From contig MU053652.1 in NCBI GenBank assembly GCA_013239625.1, positions 6,935,902-6,999,901 of the forward strand: a DNA stretch of 64,000 nt. The letters run 5' to 3'. The notes below the pieces were generated by a model, which did no database searches, was not told the DNA's origin, and saw nothing but the letters and a program-made list of their open reading frames with translations. Source of the DNA: Lama guanicoe. Its lineage: Eukaryota. A program made the position numbers and the translations under genes. Of the stretch, positions 40,161-53,215 are shown piece after piece (within the stretch, counting starts at the first letter, position 1; each line of letters opens with the position of its first letter).

Positions 40161-41418
40161 AAATGAGAGCAACTGCTTGCAAGCAACGCAGCACTGATAA
40201 AGTCATGTGCTTACAGGACATCTTTATAAACAGCATCTAAGAATGATATTCTTAGAAGTGGTAGAAAAGGTGACCTTGAACTAAAGAAGGGTCAGTTTCA
40301 CCTCGGAGAGGAGAAAGAGAGGAGTGATAAAGATTGCTGGAGAAGATGAAAGTAAATGGTTTGATGTCAGTCATTTGACATTCAAGGTTTAAGAACTTTG
40401 AGGAGAATGTAACATATCCACTGGACGATGTATAATTCAAACAAAAACGAAGTCCCTCACGATCAGTCAAGGCACGGAGCTGGTTTGAAAAAAACAGAAT
40501 CTAGCAACTGAAAGTAATGAGAAAAAAACTGCTATTTACTGGGATCTCTCAAATAATGTCAGAGTAAGAAGCATATTTTCATTACTCTGAAAATCTTTAA
40601 CATTTTCATTTCTGTCATTATCAATTTCCTACCCTTGAATTATAACTGATTTCCTCAAAATCTCCCACCCCACTGTATCTCTGAACCCTTACTTCTTTTT
40701 CTTTAAGCCACTATTGTTCTTACTCTCTTATAGGAGACAAAGTCCTTTCTAATGTGACTCAATTTATGTATCTTTCTCTCTACTTGTCCTAAATTTATGA
40801 TGCTGTATTTGTTATCTTAAAACTACACCACAAAAACCTAAAGAAGCAGCTGACACAGATACAGATACCAGGGGATACTCACTAGATGTGAGTGGCATGG
40901 AGAACCTCAATGGAAAACATAATTTTCTTGAACATAAAGGGAGAAAGAAGACTGAAAATGTAGATGTTTTACCTTGCCACAGATGGGAAAGGAAGCCAAA
41001 GTTGCAAATAATCTGTTCATAATTTTCTGCTAGAGTTGCTAAAATACTGATGATTCTTCAAGGGTGATTCAGAGATTAAATTGTTCAAAATGCGAGCATG
41101 TATGTTTCTAGAATCAATTACTGAAGTATTATGTCATATTAAATTCTCATATATCGCCTCATAAGTCCTACCACTTACCATCAGTATATATGGATGGTGG
41201 AAATTTTAACCTCATTAAGGCGGTTGTAAAATTATATTTTTCCCCATAGCTTCTAAGTGTGTGATGTGTGTCAGATTCATCTAAGCTTACGCCTCCCAGC
41301 AACCCTAGGTAGTATGTATGGCTTCTATTACTTTTTACAGATGAGAAAATAAAAGCCTAAAAGGGAATTAGAAGAAATGAAGAACACGTAAAAATGATCT
41401 AAACTGATGATGCGAGAG

Positions 41419-41895
41419 TGTGGTAAGCAGAATGCCCCCTCCCCACAGATACTCATGCCCTAATCCCCAGAATCTGTGAATATGTCACCTTTCTGTTAAA
41501 AGTGACTTTGCATATGTGATTAAATTTAAGGGTTATGAGATGAGAGATTGTCCTGGATTGTCTAGGTGAGCTCAGTGTATTCACAAGAGTCCTTATAAGA
41601 AGGAGACAGGAGAGTCAGAGTCACAGAAGGAGATGTGATGATTGAAGCAGAGATGAAGACTGATATGACCATAGCCAAGAAATGTGGGCAGCCCCTAGAA
41701 GCTAGAAAGGGCAAGGAATGAGTTCTCCCCTACAGTGTCAGGAAGCAATGTAGCTCTGTTGACAACACTTTGATTCTAGCCCATAAGACCCATTTCACGT
41801 ATCTGACTTCCAGAACTGTAAAATAATAAGTCTGTGTTGTTTTAAGTCACTAAGTGCTTAGCAATTAGTTATAGCAGCAATAGGAGACTAATACA
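41419..41895 (+). mobile_element. MaLR LTR (MLT1D-like), full length
   Basis: tgtggtaagcagaatgccccc...ctaatccccagaatctgtgaatatgtcacc...gttatagcagcaataggagactaataca. Confidence 0.92.
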
Positions 41896-43819
41896 AGGAA
41901 AGACAGAAATAATGAAAAGAATGAAGTCTTTGAGTAGCTGTGAGGAAAGAGGCACCAGACTAAGGAGATTGGCTTGTTTGTTTTCCTGGGAAACGATTTT
42001 TCTCTTATCTTTGATCCCTATTAATTTTATATATCTACATATACATCTATCTATCTATATACACCTATCTATTTCTCTATATATATCTATACAGATATAT
42101 ATAGAGAGAGAGATATATATATCAGAAGCTCAATAAATACTGGGGGATTACAAAAGGTTAGAATTGTTTGCCAATAATAGACCACCCCTCTCTATACTGT
42201 GAAAAACGATGTATATTTCTAAGACATGATGCTGAGTTGTCTGCTCGTATTAATTTGCTTACCCTATCCCTCTTAAAACCCTGCTTCTACCCATACCATC
42301 TTTGAAAAAAACTAAAGGATTATTTGTGAAAATAAGATGGTGGGAGATGTAAGTAAGTAACAAAAAGGAGAAAAGGGCACTATCCACATGTCAGAGATGT
42401 CAAGTAAATTGTGAAAGTTATAGAGCTGAGAACAGCAGATGGTGGGGAAGGCCAGCTAATCTGGAATTGGTCTTAAGTGCAAGAAGACCGTCTCTGCTGT
42501 CTCTGGTCAGTATGCAGAACAGTCACCAGGAGAAAGCATTGCTGTCTTGTATCTCTGGAGCAAAGTATGGTGGGGCTGCATATAGGGATCCTGCTGGAGC
42601 TTCTCCACTATATAAAGACCATCTAGAGAAGGAACCTGCAGACGGCCCTGCTATATACATGAGGAAAGATGGTAATTTATGATCTCCATATGACAGCCAT
42701 CATGCTGGCCAAATCATGGTGGCCCTTCCCATCCAACTTGATATAGGCACGAGTAAAGACAACTTTGACACAGATAATAAGAGTGTCATTATTAGCAGTC
42801 ACCATGGACACCTACCCTTATTTTCTTTTTTCTGTTGCTTAATGCCTGGATGGTTGAAGTAAGTCCAGAACACATGTTGTATAAGCTTCCTTGTCCTCTC
42901 TCTCTAGATATGAATATTTATTATATATTCGTATAGGCACAAAAGTTGAAAAGGTTTTCTCTTTCCGTATTTCATCATAAGCAGTTTAGATACGATTGCT
43001 GTAAAAGCTCACCATATTTCTGTGCCGAGAGCACTTAAAAGGCTTCTTGCCCTCATGATAAGCTGCTTAACATGGAGCCCTCCTTATCTGGCTTCTGCCT
43101 ATAGCCCCATCATCAAAAACTCCCTATACATTATGCGCTAGTAGTTACATGAAACAACTTTTATTTCTTCTGAAGTTCAATGTTCTCTCATCCCAGGGAC
43201 TTTGTGTGTATAGTGACTGTCTCTGGGATTCTCTATCTCTCCCACTCTCCAGGTCTTCAACCTCATAAACTTAGTGTGGCTGATTCGGACATGTTTCAGG
43301 TCTCAGTTGAGAAGTCAATTCCTCCTGAAGGTCTTCTCTGATCCACCACAAAGGAAAATGTGGTTGTGTCTCAGCACTAGGCCATCCCTGCACTCTGTCC
43401 CATGTTTTGGAAGCACATAAAAATATGAGTACCAAATGTCCTGTTTGGGGAAAGCACTTATTTTTGGATAAGTAAATAAATACACTGATAAGCTATGCAG
43501 GGTGATTCCCAGGAAATTAAAATTATCACTAAACTGTTATACAGGAGTCTATGAGGAAAATTTAAATTTTGTTTCTGAGAGGGAGAAGAAAAAAGAAAAA
43601 AGAAAAAAAAGGAGAACTAAACAACAAGTGCAGTTGAAGACCCCAACTGTCTCACAATTACTTGTCTGTGCCTTGACATATACCAACATGTCTATGATAA
43701 TTATCTCTGGATGAAGTCATTATCAGTAATTTATATTCTTTTTTTCTTTCTTATATTTTTAAAAGATGTCTAAAATAAGTATTTTTACTTTTGAAATAAA
43801 GAAAGTTTGCTGGTTTATT

Positions 43820-44280
43820 TATTTATTCATTCAGCATAAATACCAGACATGTACTACATGCCAAGTACTTTTCAAAGCACTGGAATAAAACACTGAACAA
43901 GAAATACAAGGTCCCTGCTTTCAAGGACCTCACATTCGAGTAGGAAGCATAGAAATATAAGCTAAAACTAAGCATAGCAATAGCAGATAGTAAGAAGTAA
44001 TACATCGTATAACAAAGTGATATACTAGAAAGTGAGTCTGTGGTCCGAGAAGGCCCATTTCCATGACAAGAAGGTATCTTTCATGTGAAATAAGAAAGGG
44101 TCTTCCAAGGCAGTGGGAATGGAATGTTACCAAAACAGAATAAAGACCAGGGTGGATGAAGTGTGATGCCTGAGGGAGACAGGTGTTGAAGACAGGAGGT
44201 AGAGTTGTGCAGGAAGCAATTACGCAGGACTTTATAGAGTCCAGGATGATGAATCTAGATGAATCTAGATTTTTTTTCTC
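43820..44280 (-). mobile_element. L2 LINE 3' fragment
   Basis: ttattcattcagcataaata...tactacatgccaagtact...acaaggtccctgctttcaaggacctcacattc. Confidence 0.75.
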
Positions 44281-45001
44281 CAAGTAGTACCAATAGTAAA
44301 TTTCTTATAAGCATTTTCCAATTTTACTATGTATTCTTCTAAAATATTATCTTAAAGGCTTCACATTATTCTGTCATATGGATGTGCTAAAATTCAATTA
44401 ATCATTCCTTTATTATTGGACGGTCAGGTTATAAGCCTTGGCCAAAACCCAACTTGAATCAATTAGTGAAACAGAATGAATCCACCTCTTCACTGCTTCA
44501 ATCAAATGCCAGTTAGTGGCAATTAGTATTCACTGTAGATGATAAATGACACTGGAAATTATAATCAGGTAAGAAATGTGCATTATTTTCCCTGATATAA
44601 CTTATTTTGATATGTGTGGAATAAAGAGTAGGTGCTTAAATTAATATCAGAGCATGTTTCCAACTATCTCTGGAGAGCTCTAACAAATCTAATAAGTGGG
44701 TATGCTAGTATAATAATGAAAAATTTAGAAGCATTTTATTTGAAATAAATACTTTACAAAAGATAATCAAGAGTTTTCAAAGTAAACATGGCATGTAGAC
44801 GATCTGAAAGAATAATAGAGAAGATTTTTATATTTATCATGGGATCAACTGTCATTCTAAAGGAAAAATTATGTTAATACAGCACGTGCCCACCATGGTC
44901 AGGGATCCCGTCCTACCTCCCCTGTCTAGATCTCTGAGGTTTGAACTGCGTCTACAGTATCTGCCAATTTCTCTTCCTGCCTTCACCAGGATCCCCTAGA
45001 G

Positions 45002-45130
45002 CAGGGGCCTAAGCATATTTCACGCCACAATCCCTTGGTAGTTGGATAAAGCCCTCTCAGAATATTGATTTTAGCTGAATAAAATTAAATATATAGGACT
45101 GTAAAGAAAATCACTTATATTGAAATATGG
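45002..45130 (+). mobile_element. hAT-Charlie DNA transposon end fragment
   Basis: caggggcc...ctctcagaata...aaaattaaatatataggactgtaaagaaaatcacttatattgaaata. Confidence 0.5.
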
Positions 45131-45273
45131 TTCTGGAACTCAGTTTTGGAACTCAGATGAAGGCCTAGATTATCAGCTCTATATGGATGATTTCTAAGTT
45201 GTAGTACAAGACTTCTCCTACCCTTAGCTCGGGTAAATATCACATGCAACGCAGAGCATGTTTATGATGGAAA

Positions 45274-45281
45274 TGTGTGTA

Positions 45282-45319
<38 letters not shown>

Positions 45320-45328
45320 TGTGTGTGT
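45274..45328. repeat. (GT)n microsatellite
   Basis: Visible directly. Confidence 0.95.
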
Positions 45329-45399
45329 TTAAAAAGATTGATCCCTCAGGCTGGTTGTATAGTCAATGTTCAAGCAAAATTTTAAAAATCCTTTCTTTG

Positions 45400-45897
45400 T
45401 GTAAACGATAAACACTGCAAACCGTATCAGTAAACAAAGAATGCTGAAACCCTCTAGTCATCAGCAGCTGCCGCCACCCCCTAGTGAAGACAAGCCTGCA
45501 GCCCAGCCTCTGCAGCCACTCACAATGGTGCCTTCTGAGGGGACTCAGAATAAGAAAGGACAGGACACTGGCCCTAGATAGCTAGGTGCTTGTCAAAGGA
45601 ATGAATTCAATGAGCCCAAATATTTGCTTCCTCCCACACACAGAAAAGCACTAAATTCTTTAACTTGAGATGCCTGGTTTTCTTTAGTTAACAGGTACTC
45701 TTTTAATGTTCCAACTACCTGGCTTTTGTTGTAAAGCTCCTATATATCCTAGCTCCTCCTCTGCCTCTTCGGAGCAGTCCCTCAGAGCCATCTGAGAGGC
45801 TATCATCCTGGGCTCGAAGGGGTTCGAGTCCTCAGAAATGTCCGCCAAATGAAACACAACTCCCAACTTCCAGGCTGTGCATTTATTTCAGTTGACA
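45400..45897 (+). mobile_element. Solo ERV1 LTR (MER41-like cetartiodactyl family)
   Basis: TG...CA termini (tgtaaacg...gttgaca); perfect 4-bp TSD tttg (45396-45399, 45898-45901); TATA-like cctatatatcc. Confidence 0.9.
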
Positions 45898-47186
45898 TTT
45901 GTATCTGGGCCACAGAAACACCAGCCATACACAGTGAGTCCTTTACTTTGGTGTAGGGCATAGAGAGTGCCTATAGCTGTCCTCTGGGTCGCAGATGAAC
46001 TGGGAGGTAGCATTCAATGGACTGTCATGTCAGCTCCCCAAAAGCGTTGCTGATTATGAGGGCTAATTTCTGCTTTGGTCGCTGCAGTGAATTTCTACAG
46101 AGAGCAGAACTTGTTTGACTGGCCGTAAAGCTGGCCGACCGTCAGCCCTGCAGGGATGGAGCTGCTAGAATGGTTCAAACATCATTCCTTAAACAGAGGC
46201 CCTTGCCCACATTTCCCTTCTCCTCAAAGAAATTCCATTACTTAGACATAGACCTCAAGTCAGGTCACAGACTTGAGCCTTTTCTGCTGCTATTTGTTTG
46301 ATTTTGTTTTCTGGGATTTTGTTGTTTTTAACTTCTGGCACTTTCTTAGACCAAGAAGCAGTGTGTGATCTTCCACCCAACTGTCCACAGAACTCTCCAC
46401 ACTCTCTCCCAGAAACCAGTTTTTATTCCTTCTTTCTCCAATTATTGGTCAGCTACTTCTCTCAAGCAAAAAACTAGATTCAAAACGAATTTTCTCCATG
46501 TGGGCTTAACAGCCCAGTTTCCACTGTAAAATTTTCTTTGAACTTTTACTATACATGATGTGACCAACTTTTGCTTTATATGCCAGTTCCACCCACACCC
46601 TGATTTCTAGTACGTCTATGTGTATGTGCATATTAGTCAACAGAGGAATATCTATTTGTATCTCTGTGGGAGAATTTGCTAGTGGAGTTTAAACAATGCA
46701 AGAAGTATGTTTGTAGACAGAGGATATTTTTCTATTGTAGCTATTTGGAGGATTCTAAGAAAGAAGATATGCACATCTTCTGGGTAATTGTGTTTCTCCA
46801 AGAGTTCCTCTGGACATGCACATGGGAACCATATGAAAATGTCCTTTAAAATTGTTCTGATTGGGAAGTGAGAGAGAAAATAAGTAGGAACAAAGATTCT
46901 GATGCAGAATAATACAGAAAAAGCAGGAAGGCCATGGGAGTGAGGTGGTCCTGAGATCTCCTCCTTTATCTGCTACCTGCTGTATAATCCTCAGTCAGCC
47001 ATTCACAGCTTTGACTTTCTCATCTTGAAACAAAAAAAACCATATGATTATTTGAGGATTAAATGCCTGGCTCAGTGTAGGGGATCAATATATGTAATCA
47101 ATAAATGGAAGCTTCCTTCCTCTCCTTCTGTCAGCAAGTGTTGCTTCTAAGATCTTCAATGCTCAGTGATCAAATTTGCATAGGTT

Positions 47187-47635
47187 TGTCGACTGAAATA
47201 AATGAGCAGCCTAGAAGTTGAGAGTTATGTCTTATTTGGCGGGAGGACTCGAGCCAGGATGACAACCTCTCAGATCGCTCTGAGGGACTGCTCCGAAGAG
47301 GTAGGGGAGGAGCTAGGATATACAGGAGCTTTACAGCAAAGACCAGGTAGTTGGAACATTAAAAGATTACCTGTTAACTAAAGAAAACCAGGCATCTCAA
47401 GTTAAAGAATTTAGTGCTTTTCTGTGTATGGGAGGAAGCAAATATTTGGGCTCATTGAATTCATTCCTTTGACAAGCACCTAGCTATCTAGGACCAGTAT
47501 CTTGTCCTTATTCTGAGTCCCCTCAGAGTGCGCCATTCTAAGTGGCTGCAGAGGCTGGGCTGCAGCTTGTCTTCACTGGGGGGTGGCGACAGCCGCTGAT
47601 GACTAGAGGGTTTCAGCATTCTTTGTTTACTGATA
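47187..47635 (-). mobile_element. Second ERV1 LTR of the same family, inverted, missing ~25 bp of its 5' end
   Basis: Reverse complement aligns to 45425-45897 at roughly 94% by manual count, with a few indels. Confidence 0.92.
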
Positions 47636-50600
47636 ACTTTAATTAAGTACTTAATACACAGGAGGTGCTTTTCTTAGAGCTTTAAATTGTTCACTTTATT
47701 TAAATCTATGGCAAAGGTATTTCTGTTATTTGCACTTTACAAGTGAGTAATCTGAAGCACAGAGATATTAACATGCTGACAGTGATAGAATTCATAAGCA
47801 GAGGAACTGGGATTTGAGTCCCAGCAGTGTGGTTTCAAAGCCCATGCACTTTTACTCTAAATGCCAAAATATCTCTTATAAAGTAGGTAGAACTGTAATG
47901 GTTAGGCATGATGCAAAAAAATCAGGGATTTTCCTGTAGTATCTGGTCTTTGGGAATTAGGAAGGAATAAAATGATCTTTTCTCAAAGATGAGTAGGTAG
48001 TGAGTCAGTATCATACAAGAATCAGTGCTATCTGTAAAAGATCTTGAGTCTTCAGTGCTCAGACAACAAGCTAGCTGGGTATCAGGGCACTTCCCCATTG
48101 TCCCAGCTAGAATAGGAACCAAATTCAGCCTTCCACAGGATTAGTGGCTCCCTCTGCCTGCCTTGTAACATCCACTGGCTTTGTTCCCCAGCTGCCCCCC
48201 AGTCGACAGGTGCAGGGAACCTAGCTTTCCCAGACACTTCTGTAAACAAGTGGTACCCTTGCACAGAGACTGTCTAGGCTAAACAGACTGCTCATTTTCC
48301 CCTGAGCAGAGCCCTTCTTCAAACTTATCCTATATGAGGGAACTCACAGGTGGAAGGGCATTTTCTCCAGCAGTGGAAAGGATCTCACACTCCACATGGT
48401 GATGGGAAACTAATGACTGCCCCAATCCTCTGCCTGGTTAACTCTGACCACCTAGGCTCTCCCTTAGATGACACCATGTCACTTTGTGGAATTTGTCCCA
48501 GCTCCATGCATTAACAGGGGACATCCCTGAAAGTATCCACCAGGCATGAGAGTTTGAGAACAATATAAGTTAACAGGAGACTGCTCTTTCCAGCCACTGA
48601 ATGGCTTATATACAAAATGCTTATGCCAGCAGGACGACGATGATGATGTTGATAAAGATGATGATGATGATAAGTCTTCACATCTATGCATCACTTTACA
48701 GCTTCAAAAGTATTATTTCATCTATTATTACATTTTATCTTCAGGAAAGAGAATATAAGTTATCCACATATGACAGCTGAAGGAACTGAGACTCTGAGAA
48801 ATAGAGAATTTTCTAAGTTTGACCGCTACTAAATCCAAGAACCAGTGCTACAGCTCAAGCCTTCTGATGGTTTTACACACAGTGCTTGAGAAAATCACAT
48901 AATTAATTCAAAACTATTGCCCCTAAATACTTGTTTAGAGATATTTCCAGACAAATGGAAATCTTCCTTGCAATGGTTTATAATATTAGGAAACTATAAC
49001 CAAGTTACATATAAATTACAACTAATTTGGGCAACTCGACAGTTAATACTCTGTTTCCTCTGTTCAGGCAGCAAGTATGCAGGGTCAGCTGAGCTGAGAA
49101 ACCTTTCCATTTACAATGTATTTGGATACTGGTTAGCATAATTTTGCTACCGGCATGCTTCTTTCCTGGCAAATTGACCATACTATTCTTCAGTTGCCAA
49201 GACAATCTGAGAGTCATTCAATTAAGCGAAAAGATCAAGGACAATCCTATTTTTTCCCCAAAAGTCATGCTCTTTCATTACTCACTGCCTTTCATTTTTG
49301 TAATCATTGTAAATTTTCTGTCTCTAAGTGGACATTTGACAGATATATATCTTCTCAGCCAAGCTTCCTGTCAGCATAAAAAGAGTTTGTGTACACAAAC
49401 TGATTATGAGGGTAATGACAATAGTGTGGACAATGGCCTTCAAAGGACTTAGGCAGTTGACAGGGCCCTTATCTTTGGGTCGTTTCCTATACTATGCTTA
49501 GACTTTTTGTCAGTACTGAAATCACTGCCAAAAAAATTCTAAAACTCAGGTCTGAGCGGTATTGATTCCTTGTACATTAACGTTTTTATTGGGTATCAGT
49601 GAAGACCACTGTCTTTTTTAAGATTCATCACAAAGTACTCAGTATGATATCATTTAACTCATGCCTTCACAACGTATAAATAATTTTTACATGCATTTCT
49701 CTATTGGATTTGAAGATGTCTACATTTTTCACAGGAAGAACTAGTCAAGAAAGGATTAATGATGCATACCTAATATGGATTCATTTATCCTTATAATTCT
49801 ATGATGGTATTTTCTCTGTAATCAGCAAAATATTATACAATTTTGTATAATGACACAGAAAACAGCAAAAATGCTTTAATTAGCAACTCCTTTATTCTTT
49901 GGTTTACCATTTTATACATAACAATATGTATATAATTATATGTATATAATTTATGTTGTTTTATATATTGTAAGTATACTTTCACTTTTGTTGAAGGAGT
50001 TTGCAATCTGGATCATTAATTATAGGATATTTTCTGAGTACTGTATAAGCAGGTCTTGTGTTATACTCTTGGTCCAACTACATATAGTTTGAAATAAATT
50101 GCATGAATCCAAGATTAACATTGTCAGCTTTTAAAGGAAATAAGAATGAAACATTAGAACCTCATATTTTCAATGAATTCTTATTTTTCTCTATATTTTA
50201 TACCCAGACAAGGTACAAAAATACCTGGATGATATTTATCTGGGTGACATAATCCCAGGTGCTTTATAAATTTGCACATTCTGGTATTTTGAAAATTATG
50301 TATTAACAAATTGTTAGTTCCTCAATTGTCTGGTAAACATAATATAAAGTATTGGTTTCTAGTACTGAGTTTTTCATTTTATCTGCCAATATTCAGAAGC
50401 TTCAATATTCAGTATTCAAAAACTTAAAAATTTTTAAAAGAATATAAAATAATCACTTGATATTTATCAAGCTCTTCTTGGGTGAAGGGGATGTATAATT
50501 GAATTTTTATCAAAGCAGTACATTATTATTTGAACATTAATTTGTATCTAATCGTTAAGTCTACTCTATCTAACATACAGCCATCTCCCTGCTGCCCTGA

Positions 50601-51599
50601 ATCCAGAAGGAGCTAACTAACCATCTTGTACCAGATGCAAAAGCTGACCTAGATATTATAATCAAATGATGGTGATTCAACACCTTATATAGATAAGTAA
50701 TAATAGACTATAGTCACGCACTCCATTTAATTTTGTATATATCAGCTTTTGGTTTTTGTTTTTTGGGGCTTTTTAACGCTTTTTAAAGTGAGTGTTCCTG
50801 TTTAGCGATCATTCTGAATTGGCTTAGTTAAAAATGCAAGAGTTTCCTGAATGGCATGATTCTAAAAGCATCATCCTCTTTCCCTCTTTTTGCACTCCTT
50901 TTTCCCAAAGAGCCCTTCTCCAACCTATTTTCAAGTGCTACAATTCTATTATTACTAATGCTTTATTCCTTTAACCTCTGTTAAATGCAAATTCCCCTTG
51001 GCAGAATAATAAGTACAGTGATTAGTGTTGATAATCTCCTCAGAGTATTTCTCCAGTAAATGTTTTGAAAGGGAAATATAACTCAAGGAATAAAATAAAT
51101 ATAGAATGAAGACAGACTTCACTCACTTTACTTTTCTTCCTAGGGTCAACTCTAGAAACGAAGAACAGCTATCATGAATACACAGCAGTATGTAGTAGAG
51201 CTTGTTGCTACTGAAATGTGAGCCAAAGGGTGGTTCTCTGTCATCTGGGCATAATCAAGCAGTGGATTTTCTAATCTTCTGGATGGCAAATCATCTGTAT
51301 GTAATATAGAAGAGTATAGTAACCTGAAAGAGCACGTAATTTCAGAACTAATTATATATATTATATTATTAATCTATATATTAATCTGGCATTGTCCAAG
51401 CATGCAAAATAATTCTCCAGCATGGTTCAAAGTTCATCACTTAGATTGTATTAACATCTGGTGAAATACACTGGGACAGATACATTTCATTGAGTAACCA
51501 CCCTTCATTTCTTCCTTACTAACAGAAATCTTAATTATGTACAGAGGGGCAATAAACCCATCTGCAGAATACTGATCACAATGAGGAAAAGAAAAGTTA

Positions 51600-53215
51600 T
51601 TTTTAAAGTTAAAAATACATGTATTATTTAACTCAGCAATCACACTTCTAGGTATTTACTCAAAGGAAATGAAAATGTGTCCCACAGGCAGATGGAGAGA
51701 CATACAGACCAATGGAATAGAATTAAGAGCCCAGAAATAACCTAAACATCCATAGCCAATCAATTTTTGACAACAGTGTCAAAGCCATTCCTGGGGAAAG
51801 AATACTGCTGAGAAAATTAGATAACTGCATGCAAAAGAATGCAATTGGACCCCTACCTTACACCATATGTTAGATTAACTCAAAGTGGATCAATGACTTA
51901 AATGTAACCATAAAACTTTTAGAAGAAAACATAGAGGTAATTTTTCATGACCTCAGATTTGGCAATAGATTGTTAGATTTGACACCAAAAGCACAAGCAA
52001 CAAAACACCCATTTATATAAATTGGACTTTGTCAAAATTTAAAACTTTTGTTCCTCAAAAGACATTACTAAGGGAGTAAAAAGGCAACCTATAAAATGGA
52101 AGAAAATATTTTCAAATCATATATCAGATTAAGGTTTCATATCCAGAAAACACAAAGAACACTTACAACTCAACAACTAAAAGACAAACAGCCCAATTCA
52201 AAAGTGAGCAAATTACTTGAATAGGTAGTTCTCCAGTGATACCAGATACGGCCAACAAGTACATGGAGAGATGTTTTACATCATTATTTATTAAGAAAAT
52301 ACAAATCAAAGCCTCAATAAGGTAGTACTTCCCCCCAGTTAGTATGATCGTAATAAAAAACAAATTAAAATAATAGAAAGTAACAAATGCTGGTGAGGAT
52401 ATGGAGATATTAGAACCCTTATACATTACTGGTGGGAATGTAAAATAATGCTGCCACTGTAGAAAAGAGTTTGATTGTTTCTCAGAAAGTTAAACACAGC
52501 ATTATTATATGATCCATCAATTCTACTCTGAGGTGTATGTCCAGAAGAAATGAAAATATATGTCCCTGCAGAAATTTGCACACAAATGTTTATAGCAGCA
52601 TTATTCATAATAGCCTAGAGGTAGAAACAATTCGTATGTCCAATGGATGAATAAATAAACAGATCGTGGTAGGCAGTGGAAGATAATATCTGATTTCAGG
52701 ACTTAACATAAACCCAGTATTCGTGAAATGTAGATATATAGATCGGTGGAAAGAGAGTCCAAAGTGAACCTACTTATAAATAGTTAATTGATTTTTTACA
52801 AAAGTACCAAAGTAATTTAATGGAGAAAGACTTTCTTTCAAACAATAGTGCTGGGAAAACCGTGATTTCCATTTGGGGGAAAAAAAATTGACATTGACCT
52901 AATCTACATCACACAAAAAATAATAATAACAATATGAATGAAAGCAGTCATAAGTGAACAACAACAAAATTTCTAGAAGAAAATTTTGAAAAATTTGGGA
53001 AGACAAGTATAAAGAAATAAACCTTTAAAAATTAGAAACTGGGCTGTATCAAATTTAAATACCTATTTTCTGTTCAAAGGGCACCATTAAGAAAATGAAA
53101 CAGCAAGTCACAGAGTAGAGGAAAATATATGCAATACTTCTATATGACAAAATAGATCATAAGAAAGCAAACAACTCAATTTAAAAATAGGCAAGAATTC
53201 GAACAGATCCAACCA
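51600..53215 (+). mobile_element. Cluster of old L1 ORF2 3' fragments (L1MB/MC-like), at least two pieces
   Basis: Degenerate motifs agaccaatggaatagaattaagagcccagaaataa, ggacccctaccttacaccata, ctggtgggaatgtaaaat and atgtttatagcagcattattcataatagcc; a second piece restarts at ~52690. Confidence 0.85.

Noticed and set aside
45465..45490. CTCF-like motif (ttcactagggggtggc, minus strand) in the LTR
   Set aside because: Two mismatches at core positions, and weaker in the second copy; not supportable without ChIP data.
45400..47635. The two LTRs as ends of one provirus or TIRs of one composite transposon
   Set aside because: Proviral LTRs are direct repeats. The first LTR has its own TSD, and the spacer has no PBS or gag/pol and contains MIR-like sequence.
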